A stretch of 64,000 nucleotides of DNA from a virus: positions 32,001 to 96,000 of IMG/VR virus record IMGVR_UViG_3300018432_000001, one strand, 5' to 3'. The position numbers and the translations under genes were made by a program. Below are positions 9,092-18,941 of this stretch, one piece after another. Each line of letters begins with the position of its first letter. The stretch's first letter is position 1. A model generated the notes under the pieces. The model made no database searches and had not been told where the DNA came from. It was given only the letters and a program-made list of their open reading frames with translations.

Positions 9092-9967
9092 CTAATCGCT
9101 GTATTCGGGGTCCAGCTCAGCCGCTGGGGTGAGGTCGCCCGTCCTCATCTGGTCGGCCGCTTCGATCAACCGCGCTGCCGACACATGCCGTTCGTCGAAC
9201 GTGGACATGCCGTACTGGAACGTCCGGGGAAAGAACACCGAGTTCCATCCGTGCCGCACGCATGCGCGGGCCCGTCGGCAGGCGTAGTACACCTGCTGTA
9301 CGGGATGGAACGCCTTCGACCACCACAGCCAGTGCCGCAGCCGGGGAATCCACCGGTCCTCTTTCCGCTTGGGGAACATCGGCTTGGGGGGGAACCCCAG
9401 GTGGATGTACATGCGGGTCACGGTGCCGTGGGTGATGATCCACTCGGCGATGACTGTGTTCTCAGGTGCGGCGCCGGTGCAGCCGAAGCCGCCCGAGAGT
9501 GCCTGCACCTGCATCTCCAGGAAGGGAAACGCCGCAGCGATCTGCTTCCATTCGGCTTCGATCTCATCGACCTCGGGGTACTTGACCCCCACGTACCAGT
9601 CGGGTCGGATCGTGCCGTCCCAGCGCAGCCAGCCGCCGGGCTCATCCGAGTGGGACATGATCGCGTCGTTGTCGAGGTGCCCCAGATCCAGCGCGCCGAT
9701 CGTGCTGCCGTACTCCTCGCTGATCTGTGAGGACCGCTGGCACCATCCGTGCCAGTCGTCTTCGCACTCACCGGCTTCCACCAGTTCATCGAACCGGTCG
9801 TACCACCCGAGGATGGAAGCGGCCATGCCCTCCCATTCCTCGTCGTTGCAGCTCACATGGAACCATCGGTTCGTGCGCATCATGATCTCGTTGGTCTGCT
9901 CCCGCGTCAGCGGATCGCCGACCGCGAGCATGCGCGCCCGTCTGCCGAGGCCGTCCTCATAACCCAT
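9092..9967 (-). CDS. hypothetical protein
   Basis: 291-aa ORF with purine-rich RBS. Confidence 0.7.
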   Translation of the reverse strand: MGYEDGLGRRARMLAVGDPLTREQTNEIMMRTNRWFHVSCNDEEWEGMAASILGWYDRFDELVEAGECEDDWHGWCQRSSQISEEYGSTIGALDLGHLDNDAIMSHSDEPGGWLRWDGTIRPDWYVGVKYPEVDEIEAEWKQIAAAFPFLEMQVQALSGGFGCTGAAPENTVIAEWIITHGTVTRMYIHLGFPPKPMFPKRKEDRWIPRLRHWLWWSKAFHPVQQVYYACRRARACVRHGWNSVFFPRTFQYGMSTFDERHVSAARLIEAADQMRTGDLTPAAELDPEYSD

Positions 9968-9982
9968 CCTTCCCCTCCTTCC

Positions 9983-10213
9983 TCATCTGAACCCTTCGAT
10001 GAAGGCGCGCATCAGCTGCGCACTTTCGGTTTGCAGGACACGCTCGCCTTCCTCCCGGGCGAACTGGAGCCGGAAGGGGTTGTCGGTCTCGGGGTGTTTG
10101 CTCATGTCCGAGATGAGACTGTCGAGACCCGCTTCGGGAGTGCCGTTCTCCATCGCTTCCAGGGCACGCTGCTTGGCCCACGCCATGTGCTGAGCTCGGT
10201 TCATGTCGGGCAT
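9983..10213 (-). CDS. conserved small phage protein
   Basis: HMAWAKQRALE...SDMSKHPET...FIEGF motif. Confidence 0.7.
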   Translation of the reverse strand: MPDMNRAQHMAWAKQRALEAMENGTPEAGLDSLISDMSKHPETDNPFRLQFAREEGERVLQTESAQLMRAFIEGFR

Positions 10214-10228
10214 CGTTACTCCTTCGGT

Positions 10229-11200
10229 TTAGGTGGGGTTGGGGACCAGTCCGTCGCCGCACACCGCGAGGTGGAAGACCGCGTCAGCGGCCTGCGGCGA
10301 GAGCGGCGCACGGTAGCGAGACCAGTCGCAGGTGACCAGGTTGCGGCACTCCAGCGCCACCGCCGGGTCGATCTGCATCGACCCGGTTGCGCACGCCACC
10401 AGCGCCATCCAGATCCGGGCCGCATCGACCTGGACCGCGTCGTTCGTGCCGCACTCCAGCCAGTACGACCACGCCACCTCGCGCTCGCTCTCATGGCCGA
10501 CGACCGTGAACGCTTCCAGCGTCGCCGGTTCGGCCACCGCTTTCCACAGGTCCAGCTGCCGCAGCCGGAAGCTCCAGGGCCGCTGCTGCGGGAACGTGAC
10601 CGGCTGCTCCAGCTCGGTCTCGGCCAGCGCCCGCTCGGCCTCCTCGACCGCGTACTCGTAGCCGACCATGCGCGACGACGTGTAGTCGCCGTTCTCCAGC
10701 GGCTGCCACTCGGTGCGCCTGAGGCCCGTCGCCCTGTGCGACCACTCGGCCTCGTACTCGACTGCGTAGCCGTACACCTCGCCGTCGTTGAAATCCTTGA
10801 CGAACGTCACGGCATGCTCCAGCGCGGTCTCGACGCCCTCCTCGGAGCCGAGTGCCGAAGCGATCCACTGCGGCGTGGACACCGCCCACCACGTGTCCCC
10901 GTTCGGGTCGGTCTGGATGAGCTTGACGCGCACCCCGTAGGCCAGCCACAGGTAGCGCGCGGTCAGCTCTTCCCGGACGTTCCCGATCGCGTAGTGTGAG
11001 GCGGCCCACGCCAGACGCGTGGTGTCGAAACCGTCCTCCCACTGGGCGCCTGCCTGGATGACAGGCGAGCCGTCACGGTTCGGCTTCGGGACCGACACGA
11101 CCAATGGCAGGAAATCGCCCTGGTCGTCCAGCTCCCCGGGGTCCTCGTCGCGGAACACGCGGACCCTCAGGCCCTCGACCCGGCTCGACTCGATATCCAT
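10229..11200 (-). CDS. two-domain hypothetical protein (C-terminal P1 domain)
   Basis: N-domain GEVYGYAVE motif; C-domain DAARIWMALVAC...ADAVFHLAVCG. Confidence 0.75.
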   Translation of the reverse strand: MDIESSRVEGLRVRVFRDEDPGELDDQGDFLPLVVSVPKPNRDGSPVIQAGAQWEDGFDTTRLAWAASHYAIGNVREELTARYLWLAYGVRVKLIQTDPNGDTWWAVSTPQWIASALGSEEGVETALEHAVTFVKDFNDGEVYGYAVEYEAEWSHRATGLRRTEWQPLENGDYTSSRMVGYEYAVEEAERALAETELEQPVTFPQQRPWSFRLRQLDLWKAVAEPATLEAFTVVGHESEREVAWSYWLECGTNDAVQVDAARIWMALVACATGSMQIDPAVALECRNLVTCDWSRYRAPLSPQAADAVFHLAVCGDGLVPNPT

Positions 11201-11271
11201 CTGCGGTTCTTCCCTTCGCTTAGTTCCACAGCGTGGGACCAGCACCCCCGTGCCTGGTCACCGCTGAAGGA

Positions 11272-11883
11272 CTACGCCTTGGGGTGGTGCGACTCCCCGT
11301 CCTGGCGGATCGGTTCGTGCGGTTCATCCCGAATGCACGCGGCCGACCGCTCGTCGTACACGCTGAATCCGTCGATGCGGGGCTCGTACTGGACGCGGCG
11401 TCCGCAGTGGCGGCACTCCCACGTAGCCGGGTGGCCGCCGGACGCGATCAAGTCGAGCCTGGGTTCGTGGTCCGGGAAGTACTGCTTCACGGTGAGGTAC
11501 CCGCCGTGGTGCTCGGGCTCGCCGGTGTTCGCCGACCGCTCCCGGTTGATGACTCCCGCCGGGTAGTAGCACCGCTGATAGTGGTGGTAGACGTGTCCCA
11601 TCCACGCCTCGGAGCACACCAGTTTCTGCGCCGCGATCAGCTCGGCCGCCTTGGCGCGCACCTCCTCGGGCACGTTCTCGCCCTCGGCCGCGTACTTGAT
11701 CTGCATGTACGCGTCCTCGTCCCAGCGGTTACGCCGCTTGACGTCGACCTCGTACGAGTACCGCAGGTTCACGTGCCCCGGCGGACTCGCGTAGCCGCCC
11801 ATGCCCTGCCCGTCATCGATGATCCGGTGACGCTCTCGCCGGTCGCTCGTGACCGCCTCGATCACAACCGTTCTCTTACCCAT
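11272..11883 (-). CDS. hypothetical protein with C-terminal CxxC
   Basis: GAGGAG RBS; ECRHCG. Confidence 0.7.
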   Translation of the reverse strand: MGKRTVVIEAVTSDRRERHRIIDDGQGMGGYASPPGHVNLRYSYEVDVKRRNRWDEDAYMQIKYAAEGENVPEEVRAKAAELIAAQKLVCSEAWMGHVYHHYQRCYYPAGVINRERSANTGEPEHHGGYLTVKQYFPDHEPRLDLIASGGHPATWECRHCGRRVQYEPRIDGFSVYDERSAACIRDEPHEPIRQDGESHHPKA

Positions 11884-11953
11884 ACACCCGTCACTCCTCT
11901 TGCGAATAGGTCTACAGCGGACGGCCGGGCGATGCCCGGCCCCCACTGAGGGC

Positions 11954-12520
11954 CTACTCGACGTAGTCACCTGCGCCGCCCTTGGTGACGTCGAAGACGT
12001 ACACCCACTGCGGATAGCCGGTCGCGCGCCCGGCCACCGACCGAAACGCCGCGCCCTTGCGGTTCATGGACCGCTCGGCCCACTCGGTCCAGTCGAACAG
12101 GTCCCCGATCGCGTTGTTGGAGAGGTTGCCCCAACTGGTGAACCCGCGACGCGTCCCGTCCCAGGTGGCGAGGTGGTCCAGCAAGGAACCCTTCCCCAGA
12201 TCCTCGGGACTGGCGAACTGGTCGCGGCAGAACGTCTCGTTCGATTCCCACCGGCCTTTGAAGCCGCCCGCGTTCATCCATCGGATGACCGCCGAGAACG
12301 GATGCGTGTCATCCGCGCGGCGCCACGCGTGCGCGGCGTCGATGCCGTCCCTGCCGTGGGTCTCCTCCAGCTTGACCGCGAGCGGATGCGGGACGTTGTC
12401 CCACATGCTCGACGTCAGCGTCGGGTTCTCCTCCTGCGCCAGGGCGAACGACAGCTGCCGACCCGACAGCTCGGTCACGTACTGCCGCTTCCACAGCTCG
12501 GTCCTGTATGGATCTTCCAT
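11954..12520 (-). CDS. hypothetical protein
   Basis: AAGGAG RBS; MEDPYRTE start. Confidence 0.7.
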   Translation of the reverse strand: MEDPYRTELWKRQYVTELSGRQLSFALAQEENPTLTSSMWDNVPHPLAVKLEETHGRDGIDAAHAWRRADDTHPFSAVIRWMNAGGFKGRWESNETFCRDQFASPEDLGKGSLLDHLATWDGTRRGFTSWGNLSNNAIGDLFDWTEWAERSMNRKGAAFRSVAGRATGYPQWVYVFDVTKGGAGDYVE

Positions 12521-12522
12521 GC

Positions 12523-12909
12523 CTACGCTCCTTCCTCGGTGATCTCGTCGCACTCCGGCTCGAAGCACGGCACCGCCCACACCTCGACGCCGCGCGTCAC
12601 GTGCGAGAGCTTGCCGCCCCCCATCGGGGAACCTTTCGGGCCGTACTTGCTGGCCCCGCTCTCCATGGCGTCGACGATCTTCTCGATCCCGGGCGTGGAG
12701 ATGCGCGAGTCGTAGAGCTGGCCCGCGTTGCGGAACGCGCGCTCTTCCTCGCCGGTCTGGGCGATCCACGCGAAGTGGTAGAAGTGCCCGGCCACGATGT
12801 TCACCGCGTCGTACACGGTCACGCCGTGGGCGACGTTGTCGGGGTTGGGCATCTCGCCCACCTCGCTGTACCCGACGACCCAGTGATAGGCGGTATAGAT
12901 ACGGGTCAT
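12523..12909 (-). CDS. hypothetical protein
   Basis: ORF track; GAGGA RBS. Confidence 0.7.
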   Translation of the reverse strand: MTRIYTAYHWVVGYSEVGEMPNPDNVAHGVTVYDAVNIVAGHFYHFAWIAQTGEEERAFRNAGQLYDSRISTPGIEKIVDAMESGASKYGPKGSPMGGGKLSHVTRGVEVWAVPCFEPECDEITEEGA

Positions 12910-12916
12910 CCGGTCC

Positions 12917-13219
12917 TCAGCCTCCGTACCCGGGCATGTCGAGCCCGTCCGTCATCTCCCACGGCTCGGGCGCGAAGGACCCGGCTTCGACGTCCTCGTC
13001 CGCCTCGCCGCGTGCCTCGGCCAGCTCGTGCCGCAGGGTCGCGACCTCGCGCTCCAGCTCCCGGATGCGGTCGGCCTCGTGTGTCTGGCTCGCCAGCCGC
13101 ACCACTGCCACCTCGTCCTCGTTATACGGGTCGAAGTCCTCGCCGGGGATGAACACCGGCGACCCGATCGGGTCCTCGCCGACCGCCTGCCGATACGTCA
13201 GTCGATCCACTGTGCACAC
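12917..13219 (-). CDS. acidic coiled-coil protein
   Basis: RIRELEREVATLRHELAE heptads. Confidence 0.65.
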   Translation of the reverse strand: MCTVDRLTYRQAVGEDPIGSPVFIPGEDFDPYNEDEVAVVRLASQTHEADRIRELEREVATLRHELAEARGEADEDVEAGSFAPEPWEMTDGLDMPGYGG

Positions 13220-13250
13220 CTTTCATCGATCAACTTGAATGCGAAGTATC

Positions 13251-13269
13251 GTTGCTGTTCAACAGCAAC
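13251..13269. promoter_or_regulatory. operator-like palindrome in AT-rich promoter island
   Basis: GTTGCTGTT-C-AACAGCAAC perfect 9-bp inverted repeat. Confidence 0.65.
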
Positions 13270-13333
13270 AATCAATCGAACGATTTCTATATCACTGGGG
13301 GTCGGAACACCACCGTGCCCGACCCCCATCTCC

Positions 13334-13837
13334 TTACAATCCGGTGAGCCTCGCGAAGTTGTCGAAGGCGTACACCACCGGCGACCCCGAGGGATTGACG
13401 CTCGCGAGGAACGCGAAGTGCGCCGGGAATCGGTCCTCGTGTTCGACCGCGTACCCCACCGACTCCCAGATCGGGCTCACGTCGCTGATTTCCATGTTCG
13501 GGAACCCGAGCTGTTCGCGCTGGCCCCACTTGTCGAACCAGCGCTGAAACTCCCCGGCGAACTGGCGCTCGGCGAACTCGGCCATGTCGGTGAAATCCCC
13601 GAGATAACCGCCCGCCAGCATCCACCGCACGGTGTGCACCGCAGTCGCACCCGAACCCCTGTTGCCGCGCTCGATGTACACCAGCGCAGCGCTGGCCGCG
13701 AGCGGCCCGTGCTGTTCGAGCAGTTCCATCACCGCCGGATGCGCGCCCTCCCACTGAGGGCCCGCTTCCCAGTGCTCGCCGAGCACTTCCTGGAACATCT
13801 TCTTGGACAGTGTGATCACGTCTTTGGCTACTTCCAT
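13334..13837 (-). CDS. putative ArdA-like antirestriction protein
   Basis: YLGDFTDMAEFAERQF resembles the ArdA C-terminal YxGx(F/Y)xxxxxFA motif; acidic. Confidence 0.45.
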   Translation of the reverse strand: MEVAKDVITLSKKMFQEVLGEHWEAGPQWEGAHPAVMELLEQHGPLAASAALVYIERGNRGSGATAVHTVRWMLAGGYLGDFTDMAEFAERQFAGEFQRWFDKWGQREQLGFPNMEISDVSPIWESVGYAVEHEDRFPAHFAFLASVNPSGSPVVYAFDNFARLTGL

Positions 13838-13850
13838 GACATCCCTTCCT

Positions 13851-14162
13851 CTACCCTTCGGTGAGTTCCTGCAAGACCAGCGCGGACACCGCCAGCGCGG
13901 CCCGCGTCATCGCCTCGGACATGTCGCGGATGCCGACGCCGTACGTCGGAGCCGTCGTCGGCAGGCTCACGACCTTCCACGCGTCGTGGTAGCGCATGCC
14001 CGCCGTGGGCCCGGTCTCGCGCTTCTGGAGCTCGAACGACCAGAGGTCACCCTTCTCGTCCGTGTCCAGGAAGATGCACGCCCGCACCTCCGCGAACGAC
14101 GCATCGATGATCTCGACCGGGTCGTTCATGGTGTCGTCGTCCACTCGGTACAGCTGTGCCAT
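13851..14162 (-). CDS. hypothetical protein
   Basis: AAGGAG RBS; MAQLYRV. Confidence 0.7.
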   Translation of the reverse strand: MAQLYRVDDDTMNDPVEIIDASFAEVRACIFLDTDEKGDLWSFELQKRETGPTAGMRYHDAWKVVSLPTTAPTYGVGIRDMSEAMTRAALAVSALVLQELTEG

Positions 14163-14234
14163 TCGTGCTCCTTCGCTCATCGGCTAACACCACGGCCGAG
14201 ACCAGCACCCCCGTGCCTGGTCACGACCGAACTC

Positions 14235-14648
14235 CTAGCCGTCGGCCTTGATCGCCTTCCCGTCCGCGACCCCGTCGCGATACGCGCTTGCCACATGGGA
14301 GGCGACCTGCTCGGCCGCCTTCCACTCGTGCTGGTACATCGGCGCACTGGGGTTGACGCCCGCGTTCCTCACCTGCTCCCGCATCGGCCCCGGAATGAGG
14401 TCACCCGTGAGGCCTGCGCCCTCGACCACACCGCACAGGAACGCCACCACGCACAGCGCCCCGGTGGTCCGATCGTCGTAGGTCAGGGCCCGCTGATCGG
14501 AGATGTACCGGACCCCGTGACCGAGGTTCGTGCCGATCGAGAACCACGGTGTGCCCGTGACCTTCTCGACTGCGCGGATCACCGCCTCCACCTCATCGCG
14601 GTGCCACTCGAAGCGCTCCCTATCCGGGTCCTTCTTGACGCCGCTCAC
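14235..14648 (-). CDS. hypothetical protein
   Basis: GTGA overlap; GGGGAG RBS. Confidence 0.65.
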   Translation of the reverse strand: MSGVKKDPDRERFEWHRDEVEAVIRAVEKVTGTPWFSIGTNLGHGVRYISDQRALTYDDRTTGALCVVAFLCGVVEGAGLTGDLIPGPMREQVRNAGVNPSAPMYQHEWKAAEQVASHVASAYRDGVADGKAIKADG

Positions 14649-14926
14649 GCGCTCCCCTTCCCCTGCTGCTGTTCGATGACGCGTTCGGCCGCCTTCTCGC
14701 ACCGCTTGCACAGCCGCTGGTCGAACAGCAGGGCCTTGTACCGGACCTGCTTCAGGGCTTCCTCGACCGTGGCGAAGACCTCGGCGCCATAGCCCAGGTT
14801 CGTACCCCCGGGCCGGTAGGAGAGGGCCGCGCACTTCATGACCGGCTCGGTCTCGCGGTCTTCGGGTACCTCCTGAATGTGGGTCACTCGCGGGCTGTGC
14901 CTGAGCCGGTAGCTTCTCTTGCCCAT
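14645..14926 (-). CDS. small Zn-binding-type protein
   Basis: TH...KC...LCKRC; AAGGAG RBS. Confidence 0.7.
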   Translation of the reverse strand: MGKRSYRLRHSPRVTHIQEVPEDRETEPVMKCAALSYRPGGTNLGYGAEVFATVEEALKQVRYKALLFDQRLCKRCEKAAERVIEQQQGKGSA

Positions 14927-14996
14927 GCCTTACTCCTTCCGAATAGACACTCAGCGCGGGACCAGGCACCCCCGTGCCCTGGTCACCACTGATCGC

Positions 14997-15407
14997 CTAC
15001 TGTCCGGGCCTGCTCAGCGCGGCGAGCCTGCGCATCTCCGCGATGCCCGCGTCACGTCCGGCTTTCAACCCGGGCATGTAGTCGGAGATGTTGGCTACGT
15101 CGTGCCACTCCTCGAACCGCTCCCGGTACCGGCCAAGCGTCGGGTTGTCGTACGTCTTGGTGATCGTGCCGCCTTCCAGCCGCTGCACCGAGTACGCGAA
15201 GGACGCCGGACCCGACAGGTAGGCGTCCTCGTTCTCGTCCTCGGTGTCCTCCGGCCCGACGTAGACCATCTCGGTGAAGTCGTACACCTCAACCCGCCAC
15301 TGGCAGGTTTCGACGCCGGTCCCGTTGCCGTCGGCCGCAAGCCACGCCTGCGTCCCGTCGACAACCTCGCCGTCCGGGTTGAGGTACCAGGTTTCCGTTG
15401 CACTCAT
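14997..15407 (-). CDS. acidic hypothetical protein
   Basis: MSATETWY start. Confidence 0.7.
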   Translation of the reverse strand: MSATETWYLNPDGEVVDGTQAWLAADGNGTGVETCQWRVEVYDFTEMVYVGPEDTEDENEDAYLSGPASFAYSVQRLEGGTITKTYDNPTLGRYRERFEEWHDVANISDYMPGLKAGRDAGIAEMRRLAALSRPGQ

Positions 15408-15450
15408 GGGATTCTCTTGCACTCCTATCGATTCGCTAGGAATTTGGGGG

Positions 15451-15822
15451 TTAGAGGCACGCCTCCACCCGTTCGAGCGCGACACCCATCGCCGCCTCGG
15501 CCGCGCCGCTGGTGTAGTGCTTGCTGCGGTACGCCGCCATCTCCTCGGCCGGAATGACACCACCCGCGAGGTTGTGCACGGGCTTCCCCCGCCCGTAGTA
15601 GCGGCTCGCTTCGAAGGTGAACGTCGGCCACACCGACTCGTCGCCCGCCTCGTGCGCCGCGATCGTCTCCTCGCTCGCCCACCCAGTGATCTGGATGTGC
15701 ACGAGGTCGCCGTCGACCTTGTAGATCCGGTTCTCACGCCCGACCTTCCAGCCCGGGAACTCCCGCAGCTCGTCCGAGGAACGCTCGGCAGTCTCCATCG
15801 TCAGCTTGAGCGTGCTACCCAC
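15451..15822 (-). CDS. hypothetical protein
   Basis: ORF track; operon packing. Confidence 0.65.
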   Translation of the reverse strand: MGSTLKLTMETAERSSDELREFPGWKVGRENRIYKVDGDLVHIQITGWASEETIAAHEAGDESVWPTFTFEASRYYGRGKPVHNLAGGVIPAEEMAAYRSKHYTSGAAEAAMGVALERVEACL

Positions 15823-16258
15823 GCGGCGCCCCCTTCAGGTTCGCGTACTCGACCCAGGTGTAACCCGACTCGACCCGGTAGGGCCGAATCAGGTTCAGCA
15901 CCTGCTGGAACTTCTTGATCGGCATGTCCCCGTAGTCCACGAGGATGCGCATTTGGGCGTACCCGCCGGAGTCGACGAACCCAGCCTCGACCCCGTCCTC
16001 GGTGAACCGCTGCAACGCCTCGACCAGGGCGATCTCGCGGCGACCGGCCGCACCCTCCCACCCGTTGAACGTGACGTCGTAGAACGGCCAGGTCGCCGTC
16101 CACTCCAGCGTCAGGCACCCGCGCCGCTCCGGAATCGACAGCGTCCGCTGCGGGAACGCCTTGATCAGCGCCGCGAACGACGCCAGCTCGTTCTCGTCCG
16201 TGGACGGGAGCGAATCGAGCAGTTCGTTGAACGCTTCCCGCGTGTCCTTCTTACCCAA
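15815..16258 (-). CDS. hypothetical protein
   Basis: TTG start after AGGAGG. Confidence 0.7.
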   Translation of the reverse strand: MGKKDTREAFNELLDSLPSTDENELASFAALIKAFPQRTLSIPERRGCLTLEWTATWPFYDVTFNGWEGAAGRREIALVEALQRFTEDGVEAGFVDSGGYAQMRILVDYGDMPIKKFQQVLNLIRPYRVESGYTWVEYANLKGAPRG

Positions 16259-16369
16259 ACCGAGCCTCCTAATGTGAGGAATCTACAGCCTGTGTGGTTC
16301 GACAGACCCCACGAACCGGCCCGCACCCCCGTGCGCGGACCGACCATGGGCAACCAGCGAACAACCCGG

Positions 16370-16723
16370 TTACGCCTTCGACGCCCGCTCCTGCCGCTCC
16401 TTCACCGCCTCGGCATCCCGGCGTCCCTCGGTCTCGGCCTCACTGTCGAACCGGCCCGAGGCGTGAAGGTATTCGAGCACCGCTCGCGTGTCCGGATCGG
16501 ACAGGTCGACGCCGAACACGGCCGCGACCCCGCCCAGATAGGACAGGGCCGACGCCGCACCCGGACCCCCGAGCCAGAGCCGCCCGCGAAACCCGCCGTG
16601 GTTCGGGATGTAGTGCTTGCCCTTCCCGTCGCCGGGATTGTTGATCTGCAACCAGTCCCGGTTGCCGGTCGCCTCGCATACCGGCAACAGCACCTGGTGC
16701 ACTCTCGCTGATGTCAACCGCAT
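16370..16723 (-). CDS. hypothetical protein
   Basis: GAGGTG RBS. Confidence 0.65.
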   Translation of the reverse strand: MRLTSARVHQVLLPVCEATGNRDWLQINNPGDGKGKHYIPNHGGFRGRLWLGGPGAASALSYLGGVAAVFGVDLSDPDTRAVLEYLHASGRFDSEAETEGRRDAEAVKERQERASKA

Positions 16724-16740
16724 CGCTCACCTCATGTTCT

Positions 16741-16959
16741 CTACTTGCTGGTGACGCCGTACTCGGCGATCTCCTCGGGACGCAGCCCCGCGAGCCACGC
16801 ATCGCACTCGGCCTCGAACGCGTCCTGTTCGAACGGAATCGTGGCGTGCCCGACGCCGTCAGTGGTGGTCCAGACGTTGTTGGTGGCGACGGCGTACTCG
16901 CCGCCCTCCCACGTGAAGGTCACTCCCCGACACGAGTACGACAGTTCCTCGTCTCCCAT
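16741..16959 (-). CDS. small acidic protein
   Basis: AGGAGG RBS. Confidence 0.7.
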   Translation of the reverse strand: MGDEELSYSCRGVTFTWEGGEYAVATNNVWTTTDGVGHATIPFEQDAFEAECDAWLAGLRPEEIAEYGVTSK

Positions 16960-16970
16960 ATGCGTGCCTC

Positions 16971-17486
16971 CTACTCGTCGTCCTCTTCGCTGTCATCGCC
17001 GCTGTCGTCCTCGTAGTAGGACTTCACGGCCGCGAGGATCGCCGCCGCTTCCGCTCGGCCCTTCCACGACCCGGTCCCGTCCCAGATGAAGTAGTGACTC
17101 AGCTCCTCGGGCACCGCGCGGAGCAGCGCGGTCTTTCCCAGCGGCTCGGCGAGCACCCCCAGGGTGTGCACCTCGTTGATGATCGACAGGCCCCACCCGT
17201 TCGCGAACTTGTGGATCTCGTGAGCGCCCTTGTCGTCAACCCACGTGTCGGACGGCTTGAACTCCGCACCCATGCTGGGTCTCCCTTCGGTATAACCGGT
17301 GACCTTCTCGCTCGGCAGGATCTCGCGGATCTTGTCGATGACTAGTTGCTCTCCCTCTTCATGCCCGGATGCCCACCCCTGGTCGAACCCGGCGGCCCAC
17401 TTCTGGTTTCTGACAGTGGCGCCGACCTCGTACCCGTCCACGAACTCGCGCAGGGCATCGAGCATTTCCTGATTCCGGATCTTCAC
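16971..17486 (-). CDS. hypothetical protein
   Basis: KFANGWGLSII motif; acidic tail. Confidence 0.7.
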   Translation of the reverse strand: MKIRNQEMLDALREFVDGYEVGATVRNQKWAAGFDQGWASGHEEGEQLVIDKIREILPSEKVTGYTEGRPSMGAEFKPSDTWVDDKGAHEIHKFANGWGLSIINEVHTLGVLAEPLGKTALLRAVPEELSHYFIWDGTGSWKGRAEAAAILAAVKSYYEDDSGDDSEEDDE

Positions 17487-17508
17487 CGGCGCCCTTTCCT
17501 TCCTCCTG

Positions 17509-17685
17509 CTAGTCGACCGCCGTGTGCACGACCGGCTTCCCGTCGAGCTCGGCCAGCGTCACGCTGATACGCGGGTACTTCTTGCGGCCCTTGTACAGCT
17601 CCCGCGCTTTCACGCTCGCCTCATACGAGGACTCGGCCTCGATCTCGTGTCGCTTGCCCTCCACGAACGCGATGTATCCGTTCAC
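17509..17685 (-). CDS. conserved small phage protein
   Basis: MNGYIAF...EIEAESSYEA...LAELDGKPVVHTA; GAGAGGA RBS. Confidence 0.7.
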   Translation of the reverse strand: MNGYIAFVEGKRHEIEAESSYEASVKARELYKGRKKYPRISVTLAELDGKPVVHTAVD

Positions 17686-17756
17686 GCGAACCGTCCTCTC
17701 GAATAGACCTTCAGCGGACGCGCCTGCGCCATCGGCGCTGGCGGACCACTGGACAC

Positions 17757-17882
17757 CTACTCGCGTGCCCGTACCCGGGCTGCGAACTCCCACCACCGCT
17801 GATTGCGGCGCAACCTTTGCGCCGCAACGAGCCGGGCGATATCCGCATCCGAGAGCGGGAGCGCCACCGTGATGCCTTCCAT
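17757..17882 (-). CDS. small hypothetical protein
   Basis: Fills gap between genes; start uncertain. Confidence 0.4.
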   Translation of the reverse strand: MEGITVALPLSDADIARLVAAQRLRRNQRWWEFAARVRARE

Positions 17883-17892
17883 CTCGATCACT

Positions 17893-18441
17893 TCACCCAC
17901 TGGCATGCACCGCACCCTCGCGAACCCTCCTTTCGAGCGCGCACAGCACACCACCGACCGCGTCCCGGATGGGCTGGTGCTTGTAGTTGTGCTCCCGCGC
18001 CTGGGCCAGGGACTTACGCCACTCGTTGAGCGCGTCCTGGTAGACCCCGTACGCGAACAACCCGTGCGTGTCCTCTCGGTAGTCCTCACGCTTGGGCGCT
18101 TCCACGGGACCCCGATACGCGAGGTCACGCGCCGACTTCGGGTTGAACCGCCCGGCCGGAGCAACCCGGGTGTACAGGTGCTGGTTCACACCGAGCGTGG
18201 GAACGTCACTGAGGACGTGCCCCCACAGGTACTCGACCGTGACCGGTTTCCCCGGCCAGTACGACGCCATGACGACCGCCCGCTTGCCGTACCCGTGATG
18301 CTTCACGGTGAACGTCGCCTCCCACGTCTTCCGCTCGCGCGGGTTCACGTTGCAGACGTCGCGGTACGACTCATCGAACACCGATTCCTCCACTACCCAA
18401 TCGCCTTGCGACCAGGTATTGAAGTAGTACAAAACGCCCAT
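17893..18441 (-). CDS. hypothetical protein
   Basis: ORF track; GGAGAGG RBS. Confidence 0.7.
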   Translation of the reverse strand: MGVLYYFNTWSQGDWVVEESVFDESYRDVCNVNPRERKTWEATFTVKHHGYGKRAVVMASYWPGKPVTVEYLWGHVLSDVPTLGVNQHLYTRVAPAGRFNPKSARDLAYRGPVEAPKREDYREDTHGLFAYGVYQDALNEWRKSLAQAREHNYKHQPIRDAVGGVLCALERRVREGAVHASG

Positions 18442-18461
18442 GCCGTTGCCTCTCCTCTCGC

Positions 18462-18941
18462 TTAGCTGTGCGCGTACACCACGCCGTCCTCACCCGCGTA
18501 CAGGTGGAACCCGCCGTACGGCTGGCAGTGGGCGGTGAGCCGGTCACCGACCTCACCCATGCCCCGGTCCCAGAACCCGGCGCCCGCCCTGTTGCGGGTG
18601 AGCACGAAATCGTGACCGATCTGCCCGGCCCCGACCGCGACGACATCAACCCACATCGCGTGGCAGAAATCGGCGACCTCCCGCGTGAACTCCACAGCGA
18701 CCGCTGCGTCGATGTCCTCGCGTTGGCACATCGCACTGAGGGACGCGCCCTCTACGTCCGCTGACGAGGACCACAGGGCCGTATCCAGACCCGTCCACGC
18801 CACGTCCGCGACGTAGTCGAAATCCAGATCCCACTGCGAGCACGCCACGCATGCGGCATTGTCGACCTCGCTGGTGTGCTCAGCCCACCACGCGTCGACC
18901 GCCGCATGCACCAGGTCGTAACCCGTTACCGCACCCGTCAC
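18462..18941 (-). CDS. conserved phage early protein (GHDFxLTRNxxGAGFWDR family)
   Basis: ALWSS...GHDFVLTRNRAGAGFWDR motif. Confidence 0.75.
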   Translation of the reverse strand: MTGAVTGYDLVHAAVDAWWAEHTSEVDNAACVACSQWDLDFDYVADVAWTGLDTALWSSSADVEGASLSAMCQREDIDAAVAVEFTREVADFCHAMWVDVVAVGAGQIGHDFVLTRNRAGAGFWDRGMGEVGDRLTAHCQPYGGFHLYAGEDGVVYAHS

